A program made the position numbers and the translations under genes. The notes below the pieces were generated by a model that made no database searches, was not told where the DNA came from, and saw nothing but the letters and a program-made list of their open reading frames with translations. Positions 37,657 through 47,736 of a stretch of 60,053 nt of DNA are shown piece after piece. How positions within the stretch are numbered: the first letter of the stretch is position 1; each line of letters starts with the position of its first letter. Origin of the DNA: Candidatus Nanopelagicales bacterium (lineage in GTDB: Bacteria; Actinomycetota; Actinomycetes; S36-B12); contig JAQTXL010000001.1 in assembly GCA_028688835.1 (NCBI GenBank), positions 12,328 to 72,380 of the forward strand, read 5' to 3'.

Positions 37657-39981
37657 TCAATGGCCACGGAAGGCACGATAGCTGGAAGGGAAGATGTCGG
37701 GCAGTTCGCCGCCCTCCAGATGCGCGCCCTCTGCCCACTCGTTCCAGGCATTGATGAACACCAAGTTCGGGTCGTGCTCGGGGTTGTAGCGAGTTGCCCG
37801 CTGCAACCAGCGACGGAACGTGACTGGATTAGAGCCATGGAAGACATAGGCGTCGATCCCGCGCCGGGCAGTGTTGTCCCATCCTGGGAATACTGTTGGG
37901 TAGACAGGGACGTGCACCCCCTCAGGTGCGGCCAGCGCAGGTGAGTCCGCCGCCGTGTCGTATGAGTAGACATCGCCGGTGAGGCCTGCAACTCCACCTG
38001 GGACACAGTCCACGATGCTGGTCAGGGAGACTCCGCTTCCGGGCGGGAAGCTGATCAGCCCGTCGAGTTGGTCGAGTGCGCTCGGGTCGACATCTCCGAA
38101 GTCTCGTGATGGAAGCACGCCGAGGATGTGTAGGCCCTCAAGCCCGTCTTCCTCCGCCAGATGACGCCAGATCGCAAGCGCAGCCTTGAGGTCCGGCAGC
38201 AGGTCAAGCCGGTAGACAAGGAGCAGTGGCTTCTCGTCTACGGTGACATAACGAGGGTCGAATAGCGCAGGGCGGATGTCGTCGTAGAACCGGTGCTCCC
38301 AGCCCTGTGTGTAGGTCTGGCTGATGAGGACATCCATGTCAAGGCCGTCCCAGCGCCTCGTCCACGGCTCATTCGCCCAGCACAACGCGAAGGGCAGGGG
38401 AATGCTCGGATCCGCCAGGAGATTGTCCAACGGTGTGCGCAGGGCACGGCGTCCGTCGAACCAGTAGTGGTAGAACACCAGTGCGTCGATGCCCATAGCG
38501 CGGACGTCATCAGCCTGCCTTCGAAGTTCCTCACCGTCTGCCAGGTCGTAGTAGCCGACGTGCTCAGGAGGCGTGATCGGCTGCCGGTGGCCTGCATAGA
38601 GCGGGAGTGCACGGCGGACGTTGTGCCAGTCGGTGAAGCCCTCCCCCCAGAATTCGTCATTGTCGGCGTTCGCGTAGTACTGCGGCAGGTAGAACGCGAG
38701 GAGCTTGGCTGGTGCAGGCGGGTGCCGCTGCAGTTCCCTCGTTCTCGACGGCACATCCAGCGTCTCCACGAGATCCATGCCGCCCACTGTGGACATGACT
38801 CCGACCATGCGTTCCAGGGCATGTGCCGTCGTACCGTCGTACTGGCCGCCCTCCACCTCGAAGTCATTCTCGTCCAGGCCCAGTTCGGCCAACTGCTCAA
38901 GCAGCCACGGCCGGCACCAGAACATGGAACCGGCAGGGAACGCGAGCTCGTCGGGGTCGAAGGCCATGGGCAGCCGTGAAGCCAGCAGCTCAACGATGCC
39001 CTGGTTGCTTCCCCAGTGATCCGGCCCGGAGACGTGTCCGGTGGGCAGCACGATCCCCACGGTGCGATCGGCATCCAGCAGATCGACAGTTCGCTTGATG
39101 GCATCTGGAGACTCGAGGATTCCGTCAAGGAGCTCCAGGCGCCACGTGTCACCGTCGAGCCGATGCTCGCTCTTCTTGGTGTGCACCTTCGCCACAGCCG
39201 TGTACCCGCGCAGCAGGCCTTCGTTGACCACGTGAATGAGCGGTGCCCAGTCGCGTCCACGGTTGGGCACGAGTTCGATGCGCGCATTGACGTGGCGGCG
39301 CGAGATTGCCGGGATGGCGGACTCCGCCGTGCCCTGCGTGACCGTGACGATCAGGTCGAAGGGCTCATGGATGCGCGCTAGGCGGTCTTCAATATCCGCC
39401 CAGAGCTCTGGATAGTGCACATGTGCGACCACCACGATACGAGGAAGCACGGTATTGGCGTCCCGCGGTCGCCGCGCTGGAGGCGCCGGTCGCCGATCGG
39501 CCCCGGCACGGCGCAACGGGGATGTCTCAGGGAGCAGGTGGGCGGCAGGTGCGAACAAACCCGACAGTCGGAGTGTGGCGGCAGCGCTCCTGCGCCTGCG
39601 TCGCCTGGCGACCCACCGTCGTGCGCGCAGCCTGGCGATCCGCACTCCGGCGGCGAAGACCCGCAGAGGGCTGGTGACCCTCCATGACGTGCTCGTGAGC
39701 ACCTGCGACATCTGCTTGCGGTACTCCACCACGGTGAGTTCCAGGTCGGCGATGCGCTGGCGCTGGCGCTGATTCTCCGCGAGCAAGCCGTCGATTTCGA
39801 GGGACGAGGCGGTGGAGGCGATGTCGTGAGGCGCTGCTGTACCGTCGGCCGCATTCAACGCGGTCGTCTGATGGGCAGTGATGCGCTGGGCATGCTCGGG
39901 CACCGCAGACACTTCCCCCCAGTAACTGACTGCCCCAACCTCGAGGCAGGACCTGTCGCATTGGTTCCAGCAATCTACCAT
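37657..39981 (-). CDS. Fusion protein: coiled-coil + RgpF (rhamnan synthesis protein F) domain + WbsX-type (GH99-like fold) glycosyltransferase domain
   Basis: RgpF-like segment: VVVAHVHYPELW...ELVPNRGRDWAPL...AKVHTKKS...FPAGSMFW. WbsX-like segment: LLAFYLPQYY...DEFWGEGFTDW...YHYWF...LCWANEPWTRRWDG. The leader contains the motif TSTSWRVTSPLRVF after a coiled coil. The start was taken as ATG 39981, because the upstream 190 codons of the 964-aa ORF overlap the divergent gene. Confidence 0.8.
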   Translation of the reverse strand: MVDCWNQCDRSCLEVGAVSYWGEVSAVPEHAQRITAHQTTALNAADGTAAPHDIASTASSLEIDGLLAENQRQRQRIADLELTVVEYRKQMSQVLTSTSWRVTSPLRVFAAGVRIARLRARRWVARRRRRRSAAATLRLSGLFAPAAHLLPETSPLRRAGADRRPAPPARRPRDANTVLPRIVVVAHVHYPELWADIEDRLARIHEPFDLIVTVTQGTAESAIPAISRRHVNARIELVPNRGRDWAPLIHVVNEGLLRGYTAVAKVHTKKSEHRLDGDTWRLELLDGILESPDAIKRTVDLLDADRTVGIVLPTGHVSGPDHWGSNQGIVELLASRLPMAFDPDELAFPAGSMFWCRPWLLEQLAELGLDENDFEVEGGQYDGTTAHALERMVGVMSTVGGMDLVETLDVPSRTRELQRHPPAPAKLLAFYLPQYYANADNDEFWGEGFTDWHNVRRALPLYAGHRQPITPPEHVGYYDLADGEELRRQADDVRAMGIDALVFYHYWFDGRRALRTPLDNLLADPSIPLPFALCWANEPWTRRWDGLDMDVLISQTYTQGWEHRFYDDIRPALFDPRYVTVDEKPLLLVYRLDLLPDLKAALAIWRHLAEEDGLEGLHILGVLPSRDFGDVDPSALDQLDGLISFPPGSGVSLTSIVDCVPGGVAGLTGDVYSYDTAADSPALAAPEGVHVPVYPTVFPGWDNTARRGIDAYVFHGSNPVTFRRWLQRATRYNPEHDPNLVFINAWNEWAEGAHLEGGELPDIFPSSYRAFRGH

Positions 39982-40123
39982 GCACGTTTTGTCGCATTCC
40001 TCTCTGATGTGCAGTTGCCAGAAGGTGCTGTGGAGGCACGCCCGAGCCGGACGCACAGGCAGCTTCGACGGGGCAGCGCGAGTACCGACGGCACCCCACT
40101 CCGCGGTGGCTAACATAGGCTCG

Positions 40124-42409
40124 GTGAAGCGCCTGAGGACCACCCGGGGTGCGCGTGCGGCGCAAGGGTCGGTGGATCGTGCCCACAACGGAATCGTGGC
40201 GGGGTGGATGCTGTGCAGCGAATGTGCGCCCGGCGCTGCCCCTGCTTTCGAGGTGCTCGTGGGCAGTACCGTCGTGGCCGGAGTCAGCAGCGCGTCCCCG
40301 AGGCCGGATGTCCCGGGCGCGCAGGGCTTCGTGACGAGGTTCGCCCCCTTGCCCGGGGGCCATGCGCCTGAGGTCGAGATCACGGTGCGCTGTCCCGTGC
40401 ACCACGGCCAGCGCATGTCCACAATCCGTCCGGCGGCCGTCTGGAACACCGAGGCGGTGGGGCAGATCGAGTCCGTGGCGTGGCCTGTGGTGTCAGGCTG
40501 GGTTGCGCAGTTCTCGGGCCGGGGTGAACCGAGTGTGAGGCTGGAGATCACGGGACTCGGTTCAATGGCGCTTCGTGCCCATGTTCCGCGTCGCGACGTC
40601 CAGGCTCATCTGGGCGTCGCAGGTGTCGCCGGGTTCTGGGCCGACGTGAGCGCCCTGACTGCCTATGCGCCATTTGCCGGGTCCCGCGTCGCGCTCACGT
40701 CGGGTGTGCAGGTCCTCGACGACCAGGAACTGGAGTCCACGCTTGAGTTTGATGCGAGGGACTGCATTGGCCGCGTGGGAGTCGGAGCATCGGGCTCAAG
40801 CGCAGACGGCCCCGCGGGCTGGCTCAGCCGCAGGTTTCTCCAAGAGGCAGAGCCTGTCATCGCATCCGATTGGCTGTCGGCACTCAAAGCTCTTGGTGTC
40901 CATGATCAGCCTGCTGGCAGCTGGCAGTGGGCGCAGTTCTTTGACTTCCACGGCTTCGCGGCAGAGGCGATCGCCGGTTGGCTGGCCCTGGAAGGCGCAA
41001 AATCGTCGGGTGTGCCAGCGCTGGCCCCGCTACCGGGATGGCTCCGGCAGCGGCTGGAAGAGCCGGCAGGCCGGATCGGCGAGCAATCAGCCACCGTGCT
41101 TGATGCCATGGTGAGTGCGGCGACCCTGGGTGAAGTCCCGACTTCGACATGGCTTGTGCCGTTGGTGGATTGTCTCGCTGGAGACGAACGTGCGGGTGCT
41201 ACTGGTGAGTGCTCATCGGCCACACCACCATGGGGGCAGTCACCAGCAGTCCTGCCCCTTGAGTCTGCCCGCGTGTGCGTTGCCGGTCTGGTGCGGCACA
41301 GGTCCGGCCTCGGCCAGAATGCTGACTACTCGGTGGACGCCTTGCGCGCAGCCGGTGCGCACGCTTGCCTCGCCCCGTTCTTCCCCGGTCGCGGAGGCTG
41401 GAGTTCGCGACTGGCCCCCAGCGCCGGTGCCGTCCGTGAACTGCAAGACCACGCAGTGCTCCTGCACGTTCCGATCGATCGTGTCGTGAGCACGCTGAGT
41501 GCCCAGCCGGCACTCATGGCCAGCCCGAAGATCATCGGCAACTTCTTCTGGGAGATCGAGGTCATCCCAGGCGAGCTTCAGCGTGGCCTGGATCTGGTCG
41601 ACGAGGTCTGGGCGGCTACCGACTTCATGGCAGACGCCTACCGGGCAGTCACCGATACGCCCGTGCACGTCACTGGCAACGTCGTGGATGTCTCCGGCGT
41701 GGAGACCTGGGATCGGCGCAGCCTCGGCATCGCTCAGGATGCCTTCGTCGTGCACTTCTCGTTCGATGCCAATTCGACTGTTGCTCGAAAGAACCCCAAT
41801 GCGGTCATCGACGCGTTCCACGAGGCTTTCGAAGGTGATCCGAACGCAGTTCTTGTGCTGAAGGTGCGCAACTTCCTCCAGGTCGAGGGTCTGGCACGCG
41901 GCGGTTGTCGCCATGCACGAGGACTGCTCTTGCGACTTGCCGAGCATTCCGATGTCGTGCTGGTCACGGACGAACTCTCCAGAGGCGCCGCGCTGGGCCT
42001 GATCCAAGGGTCCGACTGCTATCTGAGTCTGCATCGCGCCGAAGGCTTCGGCTATTCCATGGCTGAGGCGATGGCCCTCGGCACGCCCGTTATTGCGACC
42101 GCATACTCGGGAAACCTTGACTTCATGTCCGGCAACGAGGCCTGGTTGGTGCCTTCCCGCCAACTCGAACTCGTGCCCGGCGACTACTTCTACTGGCAGC
42201 CTGGCATGCACTGGGCCGAACCAGACGTCCATGCAGCCGCCGCTTGCCTCACGCACGTGCGGGAGGGTTCGCAGGCAGAAGCTCGCGCACGCGCGGCGCG
42301 CACGAGAATCGAGCAGTCTGTGTCGATGTCATCGCTGGCCGACAGGTACGCGGCGCTTCTGGGCCTGGACAATGATCGGCGCTCCGGCAATGTGGCTGGC
42401 GTGAGATGA
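40124..42409 (+). CDS. Glycosyltransferase family 4-like (GT-B) with a long N-terminal region containing two G-x-[IV]-[ED]...GW modules
   Basis: The C-terminal motif is LSLHRAEGFGYSMAEAMALGTPVIATAYSGNLDF (an EX7E-type GT4 signature). The N-terminal repeats are GSVDRAHNGIVAGWM... and GQIESVAWPVVSGWV.... The start is uncertain. GTG 40124 is preferred over ATG 39980, which would abut the divergent start. Confidence 0.75.
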   Translation: MKRLRTTRGARAAQGSVDRAHNGIVAGWMLCSECAPGAAPAFEVLVGSTVVAGVSSASPRPDVPGAQGFVTRFAPLPGGHAPEVEITVRCPVHHGQRMSTIRPAAVWNTEAVGQIESVAWPVVSGWVAQFSGRGEPSVRLEITGLGSMALRAHVPRRDVQAHLGVAGVAGFWADVSALTAYAPFAGSRVALTSGVQVLDDQELESTLEFDARDCIGRVGVGASGSSADGPAGWLSRRFLQEAEPVIASDWLSALKALGVHDQPAGSWQWAQFFDFHGFAAEAIAGWLALEGAKSSGVPALAPLPGWLRQRLEEPAGRIGEQSATVLDAMVSAATLGEVPTSTWLVPLVDCLAGDERAGATGECSSATPPWGQSPAVLPLESARVCVAGLVRHRSGLGQNADYSVDALRAAGAHACLAPFFPGRGGWSSRLAPSAGAVRELQDHAVLLHVPIDRVVSTLSAQPALMASPKIIGNFFWEIEVIPGELQRGLDLVDEVWAATDFMADAYRAVTDTPVHVTGNVVDVSGVETWDRRSLGIAQDAFVVHFSFDANSTVARKNPNAVIDAFHEAFEGDPNAVLVLKVRNFLQVEGLARGGCRHARGLLLRLAEHSDVVLVTDELSRGAALGLIQGSDCYLSLHRAEGFGYSMAEAMALGTPVIATAYSGNLDFMSGNEAWLVPSRQLELVPGDYFYWQPGMHWAEPDVHAAAACLTHVREGSQAEARARAARTRIEQSVSMSSLADRYAALLGLDNDRRSGNVAGVR

Positions 42410-42933
42410 CGGCCAGTCAGGGGCAGGGTCAGGACGATGCGGCCTCACTTCTGATGCGCGTTGACGAATTGACCGGCATCCTTGCGGCGGTCAGTCGCGT
42501 GGTCAGTCGTTCACGGTTCACCCAGCCTGCTCTGCGGATCGATCGCATGACCGAGCAGCAGCTAGCCGCGGCGCTCGACAGCGTCGCCAGCGATCTGGAC
42601 GCCCTACGCGCGCATGGCGCAGCGTTGGACCGCCAGCGGCGCGAATTGGCCGTGAGCCTTGTGGCTGCCAAGCGTGAAATCGAAGCCAAGGATGCAGATC
42701 TCGAGAGCATGCGCGAGCGCTTGGCAGCAGCAGACGAACACCTAGCGCGATTGGATGAGCACGCGACGAGCGCAATGGCGGTCGCACGCACTTGGCAGGA
42801 GGAGAGCCAGCAATTGCGCGTGCATCGCGATGAGGTTGTTGCAGCCCTGCTTGCCGTGCAAGGAAGTCGCTGGATGCGTCTGGGTCGAACACTGCAAGTC
42901 GTTCGACGAACCGGGGTTCCCGATGGCTCGTGA
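42406..42933 (+). CDS. Coiled-coil protein, no enzymatic motif
   Basis: 175 aa with heptad-like runs rich in A/L/E/R/D. It ends with the GSRWMRLGRTL motif, similar to the SWR..SPLR motif of the RgpF-WbsX leader. ATGA overlap with the upstream GT gene and 11-nt overlap with the downstream GT gene. Confidence 0.6.
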   Translation: MTASQGQGQDDAASLLMRVDELTGILAAVSRVVSRSRFTQPALRIDRMTEQQLAAALDSVASDLDALRAHGAALDRQRRELAVSLVAAKREIEAKDADLESMRERLAAADEHLARLDEHATSAMAVARTWQEESQQLRVHRDEVVAALLAVQGSRWMRLGRTLQVVRRTGVPDGS

Positions 42934-44557
42934 AATCTCGGTGGTGACCTCGGTCTGTGCCGCGGACCTCCATCTGGTGCCTGAACTGCTGGGGTCGATC
43001 GCGAACGCGGGGTCCGCGTTCGGTGATGTCGTCCTGCTGCACAGCGAGGACTCGGGCGCTGCTGTCGAGCTGGCGCTTGCAACCTTGATGGAGCCAACGT
43101 TGTCGATCCGCACACTTGCCGTGGGCGGCTCCTTGCCGGGTGCTGATGGCCTCAAATCCGTGCTTGAGTTGGCCACTGGCCCATTCATCTTGGCGCTGCC
43201 CGTCTGTGACGTGGTGGCGAACGACGCAACGGATCTGCTGGTGGATCACTGGGCATACTGGGGTACTAGCGGCGTGCTCTACGCCGATACGGACCAAGTG
43301 GATCTCGACGGCAGCCGCACGCACGGGGCATGGCGGCAAGCCTGGGACCTCGACCTGGAACTGCAATCCGGCCTCATCGGCGACTCGCCGATCCTGCAGC
43401 GTGATTTTGCACTGGACGTTCTTGCCGGCGCTCCGAACTCGCTGTCATGGCCAGGGTTGGCGCTTGCCATGGTGCTGCAAGGGGCCTCGGTGCGGCATCT
43501 GCCTCGAGAGCTCACGCATCACCGCCCAGTGCGCGCCTGGCGCTGGGGCCACCATCGTCCAGACGAGGGCGCTCGCATGGCTGAAGCTCAAGTGCTCTGC
43601 GGTGACGCTGGCTGGCAGGTTGAGATCGAGCGCCACCCGACGCTTGAAGGCCTGTCTCGAGTCAGATACCCATGTCCAGTGCGCACGAGCGTCAGCGTTG
43701 TAGTTCCGACCCGAGGGGGTGTCCATGACGAGCACAGCGACACGCCGCTGATTCTGCGCCTCATCGAGTCCATCGACCGCACAACCATGCGCGAAGTCGG
43801 CCTAGCACTGGAGTACATCGTCGTCTGTGACGAAGGGTTCCCTGCCTACGTTCGCGACGCTGTCTACGAGCTCACTGAAAGGCGCGTGCGCATGGTTGAT
43901 CATCGCGCGGGCGCCGACGGCTTCAACTTTTCAGCTGCCGTCAATGCTGGAGTGATGGAAGCCACGGGCGACTTCCTGATCATCATCAACGACGACGTTG
44001 AGCTGATCGCGCCGGGATGGGTGCCCGAACTGGTGGGCCTGGCAGGGCGTGCCGATGTGGGCGCGGTCGGCGTCAAGCTCCTCTTCGCCGATGCGTCGAT
44101 CCAGCACCTGGGCATGACCGTGCAGCCGGCGCAGGGAGGCCTTCCATATCACCACAACTACCGCGGCAGGCGGGATACGACTGGGTACGGGGGGCGCCTG
44201 GCCTGTACGCGCGCGGTGTGGGCCGTCACTGGAGCCTTCATGGCCATCGAGCGTCGGAAGTTTCTCGAGGTCGGGGGCATGTGCACCGCGCTGCCGCTGA
44301 ACTACAACGATGTTGACCTGTGTCTCAAGCTGCGAGCGCTTGGCTATGCAACGTTGATCACTCCGTTCGTCGAGGCCGTGCACCTAGAATCGGCTTCCCG
44401 GAACCCGGGTGTGCAACCGTGGGAGACTGTCCGTTTCAAGGCCCGATGGGGGTCTGAAGCCGGCCACGACCCATTCCCGAGCCCCCGTATCTCATGGATC
44501 GATTTGGACGATCGGGCGCCCGAGGGGCCGGTGCCTGCATCCCCCGCTGGGTACTAG
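42923..44557 (+). CDS. Glycosyltransferase family 2 (two GT-A-like halves)
   Basis: ATG 42923 (MAREISVVTSV...). The second half reads VSVVVPTRGG ... FNFSAAVNAG ... LIIINDDVELI ... with DxD in a GT2 context. Confidence 0.8.
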   Translation: MAREISVVTSVCAADLHLVPELLGSIANAGSAFGDVVLLHSEDSGAAVELALATLMEPTLSIRTLAVGGSLPGADGLKSVLELATGPFILALPVCDVVANDATDLLVDHWAYWGTSGVLYADTDQVDLDGSRTHGAWRQAWDLDLELQSGLIGDSPILQRDFALDVLAGAPNSLSWPGLALAMVLQGASVRHLPRELTHHRPVRAWRWGHHRPDEGARMAEAQVLCGDAGWQVEIERHPTLEGLSRVRYPCPVRTSVSVVVPTRGGVHDEHSDTPLILRLIESIDRTTMREVGLALEYIVVCDEGFPAYVRDAVYELTERRVRMVDHRAGADGFNFSAAVNAGVMEATGDFLIIINDDVELIAPGWVPELVGLAGRADVGAVGVKLLFADASIQHLGMTVQPAQGGLPYHHNYRGRRDTTGYGGRLACTRAVWAVTGAFMAIERRKFLEVGGMCTALPLNYNDVDLCLKLRALGYATLITPFVEAVHLESASRNPGVQPWETVRFKARWGSEAGHDPFPSPRISWIDLDDRAPEGPVPASPAGY

Positions 44558-44714
44558 GCTTCGCTGATGCATCGGGCCGTGCATGCGGTGGCTGCTCGCA
44601 CGTGCGAGCCGAGTCGCCAACTGACGCCGATCGCTGGTGGGATCGAATCGGCGGGGCGGGGAACTCGTCGATGGGGTGTGAGTCGATGGGCCGCATGGCC
44701 TGGTAGGGGGCAGC

Positions 44715-46592
44715 ATGAGACCGTTTCAGCGTCCGTTGAGTGTGCAGGAGCTTGAGCCAGATGCTCAGGAGGCCCACAACGAGGTGAGTACACACGGGAA
44801 CATCGAATCCATTCGTCAGGGCATCGTCACCGGCTGGGCGATCGCCACAATCCGCCAGCGTTCCGTCCCCCTGCTGGAGGTGCGCATCGTCCACGAATCT
44901 GGGGCGACCATCGCCCAGGGCGTGTCAACGAGGTATCGCACCGATGTCGTGGCTGCCGGCCTTCGCACCGGATGGTGCGGATATGAACTAGCGCTCATCG
45001 GTGCTGTGCCGAACTACGGGTCGCTGACGCTGCAAGCCAATGTCGAAGGAACGTGGGTGATGGTCTCCCAGACTTCGGTGCAGCAGGTTGAGACTGACGC
45101 CGCCGTTGATGGCGCAGAGGAGGGCGAGCCCTTCGCGGATCTCCTTGCAGTCTTCGCCACTGCGCGCACTACCGGAGCGCTGATTGGCAAGGAGTCGCTG
45201 CTGCTCGGCACTGACATCTGGATCCAGGCGGCACGTGATGCCGCCGAGCGCGCTCGCGCGAGTCTGCGGCTGGAGTCAGGTGATGACAGCGCCTCGGAGC
45301 GCGCATACGTGCGCATCGAGACCACCGAGGGCACCGCTGGACGCATCGATACACGTTTCAGGATCCGAAGTGCGATTCCTAGCGGCGGAGCGCATTCCAT
45401 CGTGGTGCCCGTTCGCCTGAAGACCCAGGGCAATGGCTCGATTCGCGTCAACGTCTTTGACGCAGGTTCACGTCGAACCCTTGCGAGGTATCGCGCCGTG
45501 ACCAGCAGCTGGATCACGCTCGAAGCACTGCTGCCTGAGCTCGCGCCGAGCGCTCTGGTGGAGGGCGCAGAGCCAGGCGAGGGGCTGTGGCTGGAGGTCG
45601 TGGCGGAGTCAGTCGAGTCCCTGGACATTGGCCAGTTGAGCGTTCGCGACAATTCCGAAAATCCATTCGAGTGCATCCGAGTCGCGGCGCAGTCCCAGTA
45701 CCTGGTCCCTGCCCTCGGGGACGAGGACGTCCTCGATGTCGAGCCCGAGGAATTCACCGTCGTCATCCCATTCCTCGGGAATCTGGCACTGACCAAGAAC
45801 TGCGTCGACGCCGTGATGGCCAACAGCCTCAATCTTCCGCAGGTGATCCTCGTAGACGACGGTACGCCCAATGGACCTGGCGGTCACTTGTTGGGCGGTA
45901 TGCGGGAGCGAGTCGAGATCTTGAGGTTCGGCAGCAACCGCGGTTATACCGCCGCAGTGAATGCTGGCGTGCGCGCTGCTCGCACGCCCAAGGTCGTCAT
46001 CCTGAACAACGACACCCGAGTGCTGCCCGGCTGGGACGTCCCCGTGCTTCGTGCTCTGGACAGCGATGAGGTGTTCGCCGCTGGTCCCTTGTCGAATGCA
46101 GCGTCGTACCAGAGTGTGCCGGAGATCCGCTCCGAGAACGGCTGGGCTGTGAACACGCTGCCGGCGAGGGTACGCCCGGCCGATCTGGCGCAATCGCTGC
46201 GCGCGGAATTCGGCCAGTCGACCTTCGACCTTCCGATCCTCAACGGCTTCTGCTACGGCATCAAGCGCGAACTCTTCGACAAGCTCGGTGGCCTTGACGA
46301 GGTCTCGTTCCCTCGCGGCTATGGCGAAGAGGTCGACATCATGCTGCGCAGTGTTGCTGCTGGCTACCGAAATGTCGTCACGCCGGGATCCTTCGTCTAT
46401 CACTTCAAGTCCAAGACCTTCGCTGGTGAGCGACAGGAGTTGACGCAGGCGTCGAACGAGGTGCTGCGGCAACGATGGGGCCAGGTACTGCCCGACAGTG
46501 TGTCGGCGATGGACGAGTCAACGGAAGGCGCCACTGTGCGTGAACGCTTCGTCCAGTTGCTGGATTCGCTCACTGCTGGGGAGGACGCATGA
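44715..46592 (+). CDS. Glycosyltransferase family 2 with N-terminal G-x-I-E...GW module
   Basis: The N-terminus reads HGNIESIRQGIVTGWAI. The GT2 core reads FTVVIPFLGN...ILVDDGTPNG...NRGYTAAVNAG...ILNNDTRV. Confidence 0.8.
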   Translation: MRPFQRPLSVQELEPDAQEAHNEVSTHGNIESIRQGIVTGWAIATIRQRSVPLLEVRIVHESGATIAQGVSTRYRTDVVAAGLRTGWCGYELALIGAVPNYGSLTLQANVEGTWVMVSQTSVQQVETDAAVDGAEEGEPFADLLAVFATARTTGALIGKESLLLGTDIWIQAARDAAERARASLRLESGDDSASERAYVRIETTEGTAGRIDTRFRIRSAIPSGGAHSIVVPVRLKTQGNGSIRVNVFDAGSRRTLARYRAVTSSWITLEALLPELAPSALVEGAEPGEGLWLEVVAESVESLDIGQLSVRDNSENPFECIRVAAQSQYLVPALGDEDVLDVEPEEFTVVIPFLGNLALTKNCVDAVMANSLNLPQVILVDDGTPNGPGGHLLGGMRERVEILRFGSNRGYTAAVNAGVRAARTPKVVILNNDTRVLPGWDVPVLRALDSDEVFAAGPLSNAASYQSVPEIRSENGWAVNTLPARVRPADLAQSLRAEFGQSTFDLPILNGFCYGIKRELFDKLGGLDEVSFPRGYGEEVDIMLRSVAAGYRNVVTPGSFVYHFKSKTFAGERQELTQASNEVLRQRWGQVLPDSVSAMDESTEGATVRERFVQLLDSLTAGEDA

Positions 46593-47635
46593 GTCGCGAC
46601 GTTGCCTTCTACCTGAAGGGCCGGCCCAGCGGCGGAGGGGCCAACTCCGTTGTGCAGGAGTTCACTGCCCTCGTGCACAACTACGGAATCGGCTACCTCG
46701 TAATCCAGCCGGAGCAGGTGACTGCCTTCCGCATTGCCTACGGTTGGAACCAGACCATTCTCGACCGGGTCAAGGTGGCCCTGTCAGACCTCCCCACTGA
46801 CGTGCTTCCGATCGCGACCACGAATGACTCGCTCAGGGAAATCCGTGCCGCACTCGATGATGAGAGCCGGACGATCCTGTACTACGTGCAGGACTATGAA
46901 CCTCTGTTCTACTCGCCACACACGGATCAGCACATCACCGCACATGAGTCGTACTCTGAGCCCAATAACGTGGTGGCCGTCGTGAAGACCGACTGGCTGC
47001 GGGACACGCTGCTCCGCGAGACATTCCTGCCAGTAGTGAAGATCCGCCCGAGCATCGACAGGGACTTGTACTTCCCGGAGCCGCTGGACCAGCAAGCAGG
47101 TCGGCCGACGTTGGTGGCGATGGTCAGGCCGGCTACGCCACGACGTGCACCCGCCCGAACCGTGGCCATCTTGAACCGGCTCGCTGCAGATCCGAATATT
47201 CGTGCCGATCTCGTGACCTTCGGCTGCACGAATGAAGACCTGGAAGCCAATGGCTACCGATTGGATCCCACAATCGTCAATGCTGGCAGGCTTGCACCGG
47301 AACGAGTGTCGGAGCTGATTCGCCGCGCGCGATTCGTGCTCGACGTCTCCGACTACCAGGCTTTCGGACGCACCCTGGCTGAGGGCATGGCCAGTGGAGC
47401 CATCCCGATCGCGACGAGGTTCGGGGCACCGTCGGAGTTCATCGAGGACAGGCTGAGCGGATTCCTGGTCAATCCCAGCGACCTGGATGGAACTTACGAG
47501 ACGCTCGAAGGCGCGTTGAGCTCGCCAGTTGAGGATCTGGACGACATGAGTCGTCAAGCAGTGAGGGCAGTGGCGGGCTGGTCAGTTGACGGCACTGCCC
47601 TGGACTGGTTCGCACTCGCACAGGACGTCGTGTGA
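46589..47635 (+). CDS. Glycosyltransferase, GT-B (GT4-like)
   Basis: The C-terminal half reads VLDVSDYQAFGRTLAEGMASGAIPIATRFGAPSEFIEDRLSGFLV (an EX7E-like motif). ATGA overlap with the upstream gene. Confidence 0.7.
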   Translation: MSRDVAFYLKGRPSGGGANSVVQEFTALVHNYGIGYLVIQPEQVTAFRIAYGWNQTILDRVKVALSDLPTDVLPIATTNDSLREIRAALDDESRTILYYVQDYEPLFYSPHTDQHITAHESYSEPNNVVAVVKTDWLRDTLLRETFLPVVKIRPSIDRDLYFPEPLDQQAGRPTLVAMVRPATPRRAPARTVAILNRLAADPNIRADLVTFGCTNEDLEANGYRLDPTIVNAGRLAPERVSELIRRARFVLDVSDYQAFGRTLAEGMASGAIPIATRFGAPSEFIEDRLSGFLVNPSDLDGTYETLEGALSSPVEDLDDMSRQAVRAVAGWSVDGTALDWFALAQDVV

Positions 47636-47736
47636 TCAAGGCTTCAACTCACTGTGTTGCGATGAATGATGTCGAGCGCAGCGATGCAGCAGGGGCAGTA
47701 ATGGGGGTTCACCCAGTGGAGAGGACGCGGTAGTTC

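Noticed and set aside
39982-40551. N-terminal 190 codons of the 964-aa minus-strand ORF 37657-40551, and the ATG at 39980 of the divergent plus ORF.
   Set aside because: The two long ORFs overlap extensively here, and CATG at 39979-39982 would give back-to-back starts with no promoter space. The recognisable domains start downstream in both genes, so shorter versions were adopted. Both starts remain uncertain.
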